In this document: positions 1-13,282 of the stretch, one piece after another
How the letters are laid out: each line of letters opens with the position of its first letter
Numbering within the stretch: the stretch's first letter is position 1
NCBI RefSeq assembly: GCF_024521635.1
Contig: NW_026250405.1
Span: 62,001-126,000, forward strand
Direction of reading: 5' to 3'
Length of the DNA: 64,000 nt
Origin: Tricharina praecox
Lineage: Eukaryota
The notes under the pieces: model-generated
What the model saw: the letters and a program-made list of their open reading frames with translations, nothing else
What the model was told of the DNA's origin: nothing
Database searches by the model: none
Position numbers and translations under genes: made by a program

Positions 1-1589
1 GCTAGTCTTTGTAGGTAGGTACATACGGTATCAGCTGAAGTCCAGGGAGTCCAGGGGGGATATGACTGATTGCCCGCAATCATGCCTAGAGCACCCCTTT
101 AACCCAGAAACCAACGATGTATACTACGAGCACAATCTCCGCGGCCCATGGTCAGTCCACGCGCTTATCCGCACCGAAAGTTCCAGAAGGGGCGGCAAAG
201 CCGAGTGACATGTAATGATTTCGCAGGGCGCCAATCACAACCGCGCCGCGTACCAGGTAGAGTAGAGACCGTACCCCAGCGGAGTATCGACAATATTGCG
301 TACATCGGCTACGCCACAAAACGGTTCCGCTCCGCCTCGCCTCACGTCGTGCCACTTCATGCGCAGCAACTTCAATCCATTGGTCCAGCGTCCCCCTCCT
401 TGATTCCCCTCCCCACCCCCCCGCACCTGCACCGATTTTGAGGCTGTAGAATAATTTTCGTTCTCGAAGGAACTGAACTGTGCTGCGATCGACGGCCACC
501 TACCAAGTTATGTACTAGCCCCCCCGCCCCCCCGGTCCCGCAAGACGCACTGGACGGTGAACGCCGTCCGCCCGTCACTTCCCGCGTCTTTGACGTGCAC
601 GGAAGGAAGTCATGGAAGCAGCTCCGCAGCCTCCGCTGCTGCTCCCTGATCGCCGTGGACGATTCAAACCCCTCCACCCCTCCCCCCTCGAGGTACATAC
701 ATCATACACAGCCCCCCACCGGCCCTCCTAAAAAAAGGATTGCGCACTCGCAAACGTATGTACGGGTTACGACGCATGCAACTCCGCCAACTCGACCAAG
801 TCTTGGCCTGGATGCTGGAAGCTGGTACCGTGGAAGACCGACCTATAGTTGTGAATACCGATCGTGCTTGCCTCCTTCCCATGTATGATGTATGCACGGA
901 GAGTAGTACCTACGAAAGCTAAAGCTAGTAGTATGCAGGTCCTCACCCAACGCCCTACCGTCCGTTCGGACGGACGCCGGGGCAACTGTTGAATGTTGAA
1001 ACCCTCCCTCCCTCCTAAAAAGAAACAAAAATAATTCTCCATTCGACGCCTACTTACTTCGGTATTGCGAATCGCAGTGAAGTGTGGACAAGTGAGATGT
1101 GACCGCCCCAGCGGATACGTGTAGAGTTCAGAGATGCCATACTTACCTACATATTCAGTGGCATAGACTGGGCATACCTACGGCAAACCTATGGGGCAGA
1201 CTATCGTGAAGAATATATCCACCCCTCCACCGCGAGGCTCGCCAATCAAGTACCGCCCCTCCACCCATCGACCTCAACTCCCCCTGCATCAGTCTGCATC
1301 AGTACCGTATGCAGCATGCAGCACCCTGGAGCTGTGGTGTGTATGTAAGTCGAGGCGTCCTATCCCAACCCAACGTAACCCATCCCAACCCATCCCATGG
1401 CCAAGGCCAACCCGGAGGTTATTTATGCACATTCACATGCTGCACGGAGGTATAAAACCGCCCCTGCACAGTAACGGGACAGGTTGTGGTGACGACACCT
1501 CGTACTGAATAGGATAGAATGGCCCGAGTGGAGTGGACTGGAGTGGAGTGCAGTGGATAGGATCGCTGGGCTTAAACGTGAAACGCGGC

Positions 1590-1622
1590 GGGGGGCGGGG
1601 CGGGGCGGGGCGGGGCGGGCGG
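1590..1622 (+). repeat. (GGGGC)n microsatellite, potential G-quadruplex
   Basis: gggggcggggcggggcggggcggggcgggcgg read directly. Confidence 0.8.
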
Positions 1623-2127
1623 TGCTGGAGCAGCAGTCGGAGCTTCAGGCAGCAGCTTCAAGCAGCAGCAGCGGCATAAGAGGAGGACGTCCGGTACTGG
1701 TATACAAGTCCCGTGAATCGATGACGAAGGGCTGAGGTTTCAGCACAGAATCACGGGCATGCACACCCACGCACACAGTAAGACACCAGTGACCACGACA
1801 CAACGACGACACAACGACACCACAGGTCCATAGGCAAAAAATCTAGATGAAGAACCGAAGATACCTGAAAATCGTATAGGTAGGAAGTAGGTAGAGTAGG
1901 TAGAGTAGGTATCATGAGTAGGGCGGACCAGCAAGGCCCAGTAAAACAAAAAAAAAAAACACAGAACACACAACCAAACCACGAACGCCAGACCTGAGAC
2001 AGCAATCGCCTACCAAAAACAAAAACAAAAGCCCACCACGCCCACCACGCTCACCATGCCCGCCTGCCCTCCCGTACATAGAGAATGAAAAAAATGAAAA
2101 ACACAAATCGAAAATCGGAAATCCAAA

Positions 2128-4619
2128 TCAATAAGGAGTCAATACACCACCACCGTTTTCCACCAAGTCCTGCCCCCCCCGTCCATCCGATGTTGGGCTC
2201 AAGTGATGCGACCAAATGCCGCCACCACCAGCAGCTCCTCCTCCTCCACCAGCACTGAAACCACCAACTCCACTGCCACCACCACTGCCACCCCCATTAC
2301 GACTCCTGCTCCTGCCCCCGTCCACTCCATTGCCGTGTAAATAATGCTCGATGGGGCCGCCACGGCTGACGGGCAAATCGACCGCGTACGGCGAATACGG
2401 GCTATCCGTATGCGAAGCCAGGTAATTCATCGCGAGCTGGCCGGACATGGTAGGAGCGCCGGGATGCATGACCAATCCCGCTGGCGGCCGGCCGCCGCGC
2501 GTAGTATAGGCTCGGGGGTCCTCGAAGGAGCAGTATGGCATAAGCTCTGCCTGGCTAGGGCTCAGCTCCTCGTACGGGCTAATCTGATACAGCGAGTGGT
2601 TCTGCTGCTGACTGGCCCAGCCGTCGTTGGCTCCCGTCGTGTCAATCCTCAGGTGGCCGTCATCGTACACCTCCCTCGGGACGCCGCCAGCTGAGCTCGA
2701 GCCAGCCGGCACCCCCATTGCTCCCCCACTAGAGTCGCCAGCCTGCCGGATAATCTCTCTCCAAACTGCACTTGCAGGCGTGCGGGTGTCTGCCTTGGTG
2801 AACTCCCACATCAACACTGCGGACCGTTCCTTGCCACCCACTCCCAAGCCCTGTACCGGGTACGAGAATAGTTCCTGCACCACCGTGATTCCCTTGATCG
2901 CACTCCGGAACTCACGGTCTCGGTGGCGGCCTTCGTCCTTGCCCTCGTTCGTCTCGGATCTAGACAACCCGTTGTAGAAGGCGCTCCAGAAGTCTGGCGC
3001 GAAAGGCACCTTGAGCTTGCGGCCACCTTCCATCGGGTTCTCCGTCATCGCTAGGCAGCTATGGGATAGCACCCAGACCGGTTCGAGCTTGCCAGGTGCG
3101 TAGATGCGGGTTACGCAATCCCACTGGTGTCCCTCGAAGTCGCCGTCTGGAAGTGAGACCTCAACATGCGTGCACAGCAGGCCATTCGTTGGTGCCTTGG
3201 TGGTCAGTGGGAGGATTCCAGCTTTGATGTGGAGGATGGTGCAGGCGGATCCTCGCTCGCTTGCTCTGTCGTCCGTGATGGAAGCAACTAGAGGAAACCG
3301 TGCTTGCCAGTCAGGCAACGACGAAAGTGAGATGGAAGACGCCGGTGACGAGTTTTCTGGTGAAAGGCTAGTGTATGTATGGAAAGTCCCATCAATCGCA
3401 CCGTTGGGGTTAGATTTGGTTCCAACCATGATCAGGAATGTTGAGAGGCCGAATTTTCGTGGGGAAAAGCCGAAATGGCTTCCGGAAACTGATGGCGGTG
3501 GCGACGCAAAGGCGGAGATGTTACCGCTGTTATTGAAGTAGCCCATGGAGCTATGCGAACGACCCGGTGGGATCGCCTGTGATCTGAGCGATGGAGTGGG
3601 CTCGCTGTACGCCGAGGGCGAAGCAGCTTGGGAACTCCATGACATCCTGCCCTCTTCCGGCGTCTTGCTCTTCATGGCTATGATGGATGTCAATAACCAT
3701 GGCATACCAAACAATGAGAGATGGAAGCAACCGACCCTCGGGATTACTCTTGAGCAGGTTCTTGAGCACCTGGATATGGCTGGACACCTGTTTTCTGGAG
3801 CGTTTCTTCCCCGTGAGTTTGAAGATGTAATCGGCAATTAGCTCGTTCCTTCCACTGAGCTTGCCATCCACATTCATCTTCGTTCTTCCAAGATTTGGAA
3901 TAATCCGGTCAGCTGTTCCAAGGAGCGATGCCACATGTTAGCGGCAACATCCAAATACCAGCAAGATTCGAAAAGAACTCACCCTCCATAAACGCAGCCT
4001 CGAGCTCATCGTCCCATACGCTCTCTCCCATAGAAGCATCACGCCGCTGTCGGGCACGGTACTGATGGTACGGCACCAAGTCCGCAACGGAGGCCAGGGA
4101 AGTGGAGCGTCGATCACTTCTACCTCGCTTCTGGACCGCACTGCTGCTTCTTGGTCCCAATGGAGGCGGCGGCTGCACAGATCGGTCCCTCCCGTGGTAG
4201 GTTGATGATCTAAACCCATGCTTCGTTGTCCCCTGACCGGACGAGCAGTACAGATCGTCGTTTTCGTTGTTAACCATCTCTGGGGACCGAGGTGTCATCG
4301 GGCTAGTATCTTGGGGATTTTCACGAAGAGAGGAGGTACTTTGGCGAGGAATGTGAGGCACTGGGGTGTTATTTTTGGTGTTGTTGGTGTTGTTATTGTT
4401 ATTGCTGTTGGGGTAGTGATACCGCTGATGCGAAGGTACTGAAATTGGGTGGGGTAGGAAAGCTTTGAACGGTGGTGACGGTGAGAAGCTGCTTCCTCCG
4501 GCGGACAGGTCCAGGTAGTTAGGGCTCTCGGGATACCCAGACGGAGACAAGTTGGCATTCGATGCGAACAGGGTAGACGACGACGAATGGGTCGGTATTT
4601 CAGGAGTGGCAGTCTTCAT
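2128..4619 (-). CDS. abaA: TEA/ATTS-domain transcription factor, AbaA-like
   Basis: Splicing introns 3982-3913 (GTGAGT..CTAAC..CAG) and 3735-3678 (GTCGGT..TAG) joins three ORFs into [25 protein letters not shown]...[31 protein letters not shown], the TEA domain signature; long C-terminal exon follows. Start codon uncertain. Confidence 0.85.
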
Positions 4620-7600
4620 CTGACGGTGCGCCGTGAGACAAATGTACGGAAGATCCTTTGCTGTATAGTTTGCGCGGGGCCAGTCGGAAAATTGTGGTGA
4701 GACCTAAAAATAAGGATGGGATGATAAGGTCACTGTTACTGGACGAACTGGTAGCGTATGTAGGTGTGATAGGGCTAAGGAAAGCGGGCCAGGAAATCGT
4801 CTAGAGTTGTACAGTTCTTAAAGGCAAAGAGAATAGAGGAGTCGATGTAGTCCGCCACTGGCAGCCGTTGGGGGCAGGGAACGAGTACTTTTTCTCTCTT
4901 TCGATATGTCACTTTTTGGTGTGGATGAGCCGGGGGCGGGAAGCAGTGCGCGGTGCGTGGTAGGGGGGAGGGGGGGTTTGATGCCGGATGCGTTGTCCCC
5001 AATAGCAGACGGAGTGGAATTTCCTGGGGGGAGGGGGCTATGGGGGAGGGGGTGTCTGTATGCCGATTTCGATTAGATAACGGGTTGTGTCCGCAGAGCA
5101 GACAGCGGCCGATGCGGCGTGGTAGGGCGACGAGGCTGATTCCAGTCGAGCTATGGGGAATCCAATTGAAACCGGGAACCCGAACGGTCTAGAAGATGTG
5201 GCGGAGTTGTTTGACCGGCCACGGAGCGCGGGATATCGGTATTATCGAGCAAAAATCAAAAGACAGAAAAAGAGAGAAATAGGGAAATAGAGAGAAGAGA
5301 GAGGACGGGGGACAAAATGAAGGCAGGCACGGTCTGTAAGGAAGGAATAAATTGGTGCCGGGCGTTGGAGGCAGGACGGGAGGCGAGACAGCAGTGGATG
5401 GAACAGAAAGAGCGGACAGACGAGGGTGATATATCACGAAGCTCACGTTCCAGATTGGTCGAGAGGGCAGGCAGGCGTGCGGTTCCAAACAGAGGGGAGA
5501 CGATGCGGGGAGACTCCAAAATGACACACACATACCACAGAGCAAAGCGATATACTACTCCCAAAGCACCGCTCGCCGGTCGAGCAATGATGCAAAAAGG
5601 GAATGTACCTAGGAGGTCTTGGAGGAGACCCTTTCCCTTGCTACTTTATGCACATTGACGTTTACACAACGGCCAGCTCGCTCCACTACGTGTTTCCTGC
5701 TCCCCTCCACTCTGAACGGTGGAGGATGCCGGATCGTGCATGTTAAATCGCTGACGATATTTCCTGCCGCAGTCCGAGAAGCATCGTCGGTCTGCACGCA
5801 CCTGTGGACATCGCCTACGCCGAGCGTCGGTCCGGGCCGCCGACGGGAGCGTTCTGGCGCCTGTACTCTGCATGCAGCAGACAAGTCACAACTAGTGGAC
5901 GGAGATTGCGAGGGGTTAGGAGCAGACATGCGCCTAACTTCGTGCTGGCCCCACGGTGAGAAAGCGTGCAGACGCCAGCAGCGCGCAGGAAGAAGAAGAG
6001 GAGTCTGCCTTTGTGGTCGCAGGTCGAAATCGATTCCATGGGGGGAGAGGGGGGGATTCATGCGGCGGCAGCGGTTTATCTGACGAGCGCGGTGGCCAGC
6101 CAATCAAGCGCCTAGGGTGGTAGTACAGAGATGCCCTGCTGAGTTGCCACAGCGAGGCTCGCGATTATTCACAATTTACCCGCGACATGGACGGCTGCGG
6201 AAATCCCCCGGTAGCGGATTGGCGCCGCGCAGGTACCGGCCTGAGCATGGGTACCTAAGTAAGTGCTACCCAGTAGGTGGGGAGCATCCAGGTAACTACC
6301 AAGCCCCACCTGCCGGGGGTGTTTTGTTTCCGGAGCTGGGACTCGGGAGAAGGGTTTGGAGCTTGATGCTTGGTGCTTGGTGGCGCGTTAAGCGTAACGC
6401 CACATCACACACAGCCATGGCTGGAGAGGAGAGACTCCTTGGGGTGTGGGTGGAGGGTGGGGGGTGGACACTCGAGGGTGGAGTTGGAATGGGGCTAGGC
6501 TAGGTTTCCACGGAGCGCCTATCTGCGGAGAACAAAGCAAAGACGGGCTTTGTAATGGCTCTCAGACTTCCTCCACCTCCTCCTCCTCGCTCGCCTGTGA
6601 CAAGCCCCAAACCCTGGTTCCCTTTCACGCCACCCGAACATTCAAGCAGACTAGAGTACACACCACTGCCATCGCCACCACCACCATTATCACCAGTGAC
6701 CACCACTACCACTGCTACTGCCATTGACCAGCTGCCCCTCCCTGCTGCCCCTCCCTGCTGGTTTTCATAGAGCACGCATCGGCTGTGTGCGGGCACTAAG
6801 GTACATCGGTTCACCTGATACGTTGGCGTCGAAAGCCGTGCGTCTGCGCCTTCCTCTCGTTCATGCGCATTGATAGAGTCGCGCGTCTACATACAGGCAT
6901 CAGCCACCCTCGCGCCATCTGCGACGAATCCGAGTCTGATAACCCGATAAACCCCACACTTACCCCCGCCCCTTAGCCGACCGTCTTACTACCTACATGC
7001 TCCTGTCGTTGATCCGAGCGGCCGCAACTGCGGGTAGGAACGCATTGTCACTGCCCGCTAGGTATCGATGATGCCACACCGCAGTCACTGCAAACCCCGA
7101 AATTCCTCGAATGTCCGGCGCCTGCGGCTCTTTGAGGTTAAATAGGTGCAAAGCCTCAGCGAAGGCAGATGCGAACGCAAACTCCCAGGGATCGCAGTGT
7201 TCAGATCCACTACATACAATCCCCGAAATTGCATGTCCAGTCGAGAATTCCGCCGATACTTGCCCGGGATCCTTCGATTTCAGCGGACCTTCCACGATGG
7301 AAAAGCAAAGAAAAAAACGTGTGTGTGCGAAGTGCAGATACGCATGGCGATAATATCCCGCGCACATGGTGGCGGTATCAGGATTCTGAAAGACAATCTC
7401 CTTCTTCTTCAATTTCATGGCATCATCTCGTCGTGCCTTACGAACTGACCGACCTTCGTCTGGATCCAACCCCGCCTACACGACGTCGCATGATTGCCCC
7501 CAGAGCAGTTGCTACAGCTCGAGTCGTCTCCTTGCTTCGATAAACTGTCGCATCCATCATGCCCCCGACACGATGCGGCCAGGGCCATCCTCCGACTCGG

Positions 7601-10052
7601 GTGCACAACGGAATGGATCAAAGTGCGTGGGGATATATCGTGGTTCGCGAGAGTTGTTTGTCTTGACTTAACAGGCGGTCCTTGTCGAATGATGAGACTA
7701 ATGCAACGGATTGCCCTTCCTTTCCCGGAACCAATATTAAACACGACAGTATCGAGATATGGCCTCCGATTCGAGTAGGCTTTCGCCCTTCAACCTCGTC
7801 CCAGTCAATCACAAGAACCCAAGCCAACTACGCGGGCTGTCATCGAAGCTCCCTCTCCCCAAGCCTTGGAGTCGGCCTGGTTACCGCAATGTACATCGAG
7901 ATTCGACGTACCAGTGTCCATTTGAGGCCAAGAAAGATAACCGTTACCTAGATCTGTTTATCGTGACGCCAGTAACGCCTCCCGGCACCTACCATATAGC
8001 CAATTACACAGTGTTTGTTTAAGTGAGAGGTACATGTGAAGTGCGGTACATCCGATGCCATCTCTAGATGAAACTCGCCTGCCAGTCGACGTCGGGTCAC
8101 ACGGAGGAGTCGATGCCTCCGGTCATCACCAGCACTCTCCCGTCCGATGCTGCACGGAAGAAGCCCGCGATGCGGAATCCTCCGATGGCTTCGTTTGAAA
8201 ACGGCATAAGAGGCTTTCTGCACATCATTCGGATAGCCCCAGCAGCCGGAGAATGGAACATCGTTGGAATGCTTCCAACACGATTCCGCACAGACAAAGA
8301 ATCCAGCGATGCTCCAGAAAAAAACCACAGAGATGAAGTGCACCAGCTCCCCTACCCGACCAGCGTAGGATCCAGGAGAGAGCAAGCTTGAAACACAGCA
8401 CTTTCAGCAAGCAAGCAAGGGCTGACTGTTGGAGATTATTTTTGATCCAGAATGCCGCACTTTGGAATCCGTTTCCTGCTCGCCAGCGATCTCCTGCCCT
8501 GCTATACTCTGATTGGCAGCGAATTGCACCGCCGATAGTTGTTCGTTTCCCTCGAGCTCATGGCGAGCGAGGACTGGTTTCCGGCTGCCATGTTTTCCAA
8601 CCACTTGACCACAATCGTCGTCGATCCAGTGGTTTCAAGAGTCCCGAAACGGAAAGCAGCATTTGACCTGGGGGGCTAGAACCTTCCGTCCGAACTTCTG
8701 TAGGATCCGTGTGTGAGTGTGCGAGTATTCACGGGCAGCCACGGCGGCGCCTAGGGTTGGCGCAGAATACGCAGGTACCCGTCTCTAGCTCGCGCACTGC
8801 TGATGGTGGGATGATGGTGGATCACATCATCACAAACCACCGATGGGGCATTGGGGCCACCCACCCACTCCGACCACCAGCCAATTGACTTTCTCAATTT
8901 CCACCCGAAACCAGATCGAAAATGCGGGCTATCTTGTTGCACTTGCATGGATTATGGCTCGCAAAAAGGCAGTTTTCTCTTTCTCTTTGTTGCCTATCCT
9001 ATCCCCCCCACCTCCCCCCACCTCCCCCCACCACAAAAAAGGTCGCATGGCCTTAGAGTACGCAACACAATGTGTCAAAGAAGAAGAAACGTTTTAACTA
9101 ACGGGGAAAGCAGAACCCTGGGGCCTGGGACAAAAACAAAAATTTCTGGCTTTGCACGTGCGATGGTTTTCCGGCCTCCCAACCAACCTACTGGTAAGTA
9201 GGAAGGTAGCAGGGCCTACCATCCACCGTCCCAAAATCCGGCCTTGGAAAGACCTGATCAGATCCGCGTCAGCTCGCGCGTCATGTGGAGTCGTGGAGTC
9301 GTGGGATGTTCGGGCCATTCGCACAAAGGCGGATGGATGATCTGTGCCAATCTTGTATGTACATCTAGCCTACGGCGATGTATCCGGACGGACATGCTGA
9401 GTCCACCGAGATGGGATGGGCCAACTGCAGCCCAGTCCAGCAAGGCTTCGAAGTTCGGAGTTCATGTCGCAGACATGCGCGATTTCCCTGTATATCTGTC
9501 CGTCTGTCCATCCGCCGCATCAGCACCAGCATCACAAAAACAGGGAGCCCGCCCGAATCTCGATGCATGCATGCTGGCTCTCCGCACCGCAGATCTAAAA
9601 GAAGTCTATTTTTTTCCTGCTGGAAGGAAATTGATCTGTGCGGCCCCATGAAACACCCAGACTACTTGGTTACCCCTTCCTAGATCCTGCCTTCCTTCCT
9701 TCGGACTCTGTCTTGATTGATTGATTGATCATGGGATCGGGGGACGGGGAGGGGCCAGAACAGGGATACGGCCTACGGGCCTACGGCTGGCAGGGTTTTC
9801 GTAAGATGCGAGTAACGAAGTGGTGCATGTGGTAGCACTCGGCGGCCCATGAACGAGCAACCCAGTTCCTGCTGGATGGGCTTGGCCGGGTCTTTGATAG
9901 TTACTTATCTTTCAATAGTAAGTCTCAAGAAGCGTACCTATGTTTCAGATGGGTGGACAGTGACCGATAGCAAGCGAGAATCGAGATAGATAGCTAGCAA
10001 AAGCCGTTCGCAACCCACGTCTCTACGGTTTACCTAGTAGTGTACACCGCTG

Positions 10053-10228
10053 CCCGTGCCTGCCTGTGCCTGCCTGCGCCTGCCTGCGCCTGCCTGTGCC
10101 TGCCCTGCGTCCCTGATGTCCCTGATGTCCCTGATATCCCTGGTGTCCCTGGTGTCCCTGATATCCCTAGTGTCCCTGGTGTCCCTGATGTCCCTGGCCC
10201 TGGTGACCCCGGCGTCCCTGCCGTCCCT
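10053..10228. repeat. Compound low-complexity repeat: GCCT/GCCTGC units followed by ~11 units of 9-mer GTCCCTG(A/G)T
   Basis: Tandem units visible; the repetitive ORFs in several frames here are by-products. Confidence 0.85.
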
Positions 10229-11329
10229 TGCATGCGCCAAGTTCAATCATATCATCAGACCTCTTCTTGATCAGATCAGCCCCAGATCAGGAACGACAAA
10301 CGACGAACGAACGATTGGAACGTCGAACGATGGGTTTTTGTCGGTTGCCGGATGGGGATCGGTGGGTTGGGCCCCGGACGTAGTGGAATGTAGGATCCCC
10401 CTACCTACCTTACTCGGGGGCACTGGGGCGCTGGGGGGGCCAACACTTCTTGCTTTCTGGAAGGAAGCTTCACTGATCCATGGTCCACGCTTGGCTGGAC
10501 TGCCTAGTATCTACTACCACCACCACCACCACCGTCTGTAAGTTCTACCCCTTCGCCGGCCAGCGAAGCACCGAGATCTACTTACCTACCCAATTGCCCC
10601 TAACGACAAGAACTAAGAGAACCAAGCATTCCGCAGATATGTATCCCGCTCCTATGCATCCCTTTCCAGGGTTAGTCGAGGCCCGAAATAATTATTGTTG
10701 TTAGTGTTTGCGCGGCTCAGGGCTGCAATAGCAATAGCGTCCTGGGATTTTGGCATAGGTAGATAGATGTATAACAGGCTAGTTAGTGAAGTGCATTGCT
10801 TTGCTTCTATGTATAATGTATGTAGTGCAATTATGGGAGGAAAGCACTCCGGCGCACTGGCTACAGCTTTCGGATCCAGATCCGGATCCGGGTTCTGGAC
10901 ACAGAGATCCAGATAGGAACTCCAGCCACCGATGGTTTGCTTCGAGGCATGATCATCTCAGTCTTAACTCTTGAGTCTTGATTCTTGGCCTGGAGGCTTG
11001 ACCTGGTGGGCGACGGGCGACGGGCGGCACGGACATGGCATGTCATGTACACATCATGATCATCACTGATTAGGATTCAGGCGTTGGTTACGTACATAAG
11101 GTAGCACCCTGTTTGCAGTGGACTGTGTGCAGTGTCCGACGAGACCCCGTGACAATGATCGCCATCAAACTTCAGAGACAGAAAGCAAGTGCTCACCACC
11201 GCCGCTAGCTGGTGAGAGTTTCTTCAAAAAACACTGCTGTGGCCTGATTACGCGGAATGATGGTTCTTTGCGCAGTGCTCTCCGTAGTACGTACTAACCA
11301 CTGATACCGGGCGACGGGCTTAGAGAGAA

Positions 11330-11437
11330 ATCGACTTGAATGAGTGAGCGAGAGCCCGTGAGTGGGTTCGAAACCCAACCTTTGATGTACCTACGTCGGA
11401 GACCTAGGCAGTGGGCAACCGTGCGGATGTTTTTTTG
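11330..11437 (+). other. Degenerate tRNA-Ser(TGA)-like relic (B-box/T-arm followed by a T-run)
   Basis: gacTTGAat anticodon-like loop, gcGAGAgc variable-arm-like hairpin, GTGGG-TTCGAAA-CCCA T-arm, T-run ~50 nt downstream; no intact acceptor or D stem. Confidence 0.45.
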
Positions 11438-11711
11438 TATCTGTTTTTTATGGTTCATCGGTGGTCAGTATGTATTCAGCCGGTCCTGGAACTTTTCCCG
11501 GCCCCCACTGAGCACCCGGCTGAAGACTGAAGTGCGCGGCCCGACATAGGTTTCATTTTCTGCCTACTATGTACGGTGCGGTACCCGCCAACCAGTCGTG
11601 CGGGTGCATAAAATATAGTAACAGACACACTACAATTTTGTAGATATCTAGATGGGATGGGATGGGCTGTCAAATGACGGCCTGTGACTGTGACTATGAC
11701 GCTATAAAGGC

Positions 11712-11828
11712 TCTGGGTTCAACCCGGGTGAAGGGCCTTCGGATGAAATTCAGCTCTTAGGGTTTCCAAGCCATCCGAAGGGGTGGGGATGGTTTTTGGT
11801 TTTGTATTGTTTTGACGTGACCGAGGGA
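11712..11828 (+). mobile_element. tRNA-derived SINE-like/Pol III element, copy A (5' part lost or diverged)
   Basis: Aligns over ~115 nt with the reverse complement of 58275-58382; B-box GGTTCAACCC and T-run. Confidence 0.55.
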
Positions 11829-12419
11829 CTCGGGAGCGCTAATTCTAAAGATATTACTCGGTAGTAGCTACTGTATCATGTGACATGCCCGTACGCTGCC
11901 CGATGTGGAGTCGAGATTCTATACGGTGAACTTCATCTTCATCGACAGAGAGAGAAGAGAGGAAGCAGGACGTACGGTGGGAACCCAGAGTTCCTTTGAT
12001 TTCATCACGAGCGGAGTAGAAGAATCATGGGATTCATGGCAGCAGGATCGGCCGTGATTTCGCCTAGTGTCACAGCACGGCGGTCAACAATCATGGGCGA
12101 TGATTCGTAGGGGATTATACTCCGCTGGGTACTTCGGTCATCGCCCTGTCAATGGGAACTTTAGATGTTGTTCCATCTCGAATTCCAAAGAGAGAATCAA
12201 GGCATTGTATCGGATTCCAAGCGAAATGTCTGATATTGACTGTCGAGTGATCCATAATGACCCATTCGACGCGAACCAACGCGTCTCCCCGCTAACTATA
12301 GTAGCGCAAGTCACGTCTTCCACGGTTCCACCCTTTACCGTGCACGCCCACTCACTCCCCACCACATCACACGCACTCACTCCACCCACCACCTACACCC
12401 ACGCACTCACTCCACCCCA

Positions 12420-13282
12420 ATGTCCGCCCCCATCGCCCTCACCGCCTCCCTCCCCCGCCCTGCCGTAAAGGCAAAAGCGCACAAACTCTACAACCTAATC
12501 CTCCCGATCTCCCTCTCGACGGGTCTTGTACTTCTCGGGTACAAAAAGCGCGGCTTCGGGATCGGCAAGTACAACGGTTTCGGCGGGAAAGTTGAGGCTG
12601 GGGAGACGCTAGCGGGCTCTGCAGCGCGCGAGCTGCACGAGGAGAGCGGTATCGTGTGCTCAGAGGAGCAGCTGGCGCATCATGCCGTGCTGCTGCTCGA
12701 GACTGTGGCGGAGGGTAAGGAGGCGGAGATGGAGATGGTGAAGGAGAAGGTGCTCGAGATTCATGTTTTCGTGTGTACCCAGTGGGAGGGTGAGGTGGAA
12801 GAGTGAGTATGCCGCACTGTTAAGAAGGAAGGTGGGGGCAGGGGGTTGACAAGAGCAGGACGGACGAGATGCGCCCGCAGTGGTTCGCGCCGGAGGACCT
12901 GCCGCTCGATGATATGTGGGAGGAAACACGCATCTGGATGCTCACGGCGCTGGGTATGTACCTCTCCGTTCCTGCGTCTGCCGCTGCCGCCACCGCGAAC
13001 TCGTCGTCGTGCGGGGCCGGCCCCGGTGCCTTCAATCCTCCTCCTCCGACGACGACGATGACGACGACCCACCCGGATAGGAAGTGGTTTATACACTACG
13101 TGGACTTCCATGGCGGAGTGAATGCGCAGACTGGAGAGTGGGATCCGTGGCATGGCATGGGGAAGAGTGTTTGGAAGTGGTTTGATACGCCGCTGGTGGA
13201 CTGGTCGAGGGAGGAGGTGGTGGCTTGGGTGGAGGGGGTTAGGAATGGCGGGGAAGGGAAGGCGGAGCAGGTGGAAGCCTGA
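12420..13282 (+). CDS. Nudix hydrolase, MTH1/NUDT1 (8-oxo-dGTPase)-like
   Basis: [40 protein letters not shown]udix box; intron 12803-12858 restores [10 protein letters not shown]...PLDDMW. Confidence 0.85.

Noticed and set aside
6993..8700. Numerous 100-160 aa ORFs here and at 13283-13921 and 21950-22900
   Set aside because: No motifs, codon bias or splice structure recognisable; consistent with chance ORFs
10030..10541. Repetitive ORFs (PGTPGIS / SLVSLM / DIRDTR)
   Set aside because: Open in several frames because of the 9-mer minisatellite; no coding evidence
5600..11260. About nine AbaA/TEA-type CATTCY sites upstream of abaA (autoregulation)
   Set aside because: Roughly the number expected by chance for this 6-mer pair in ~8 kb
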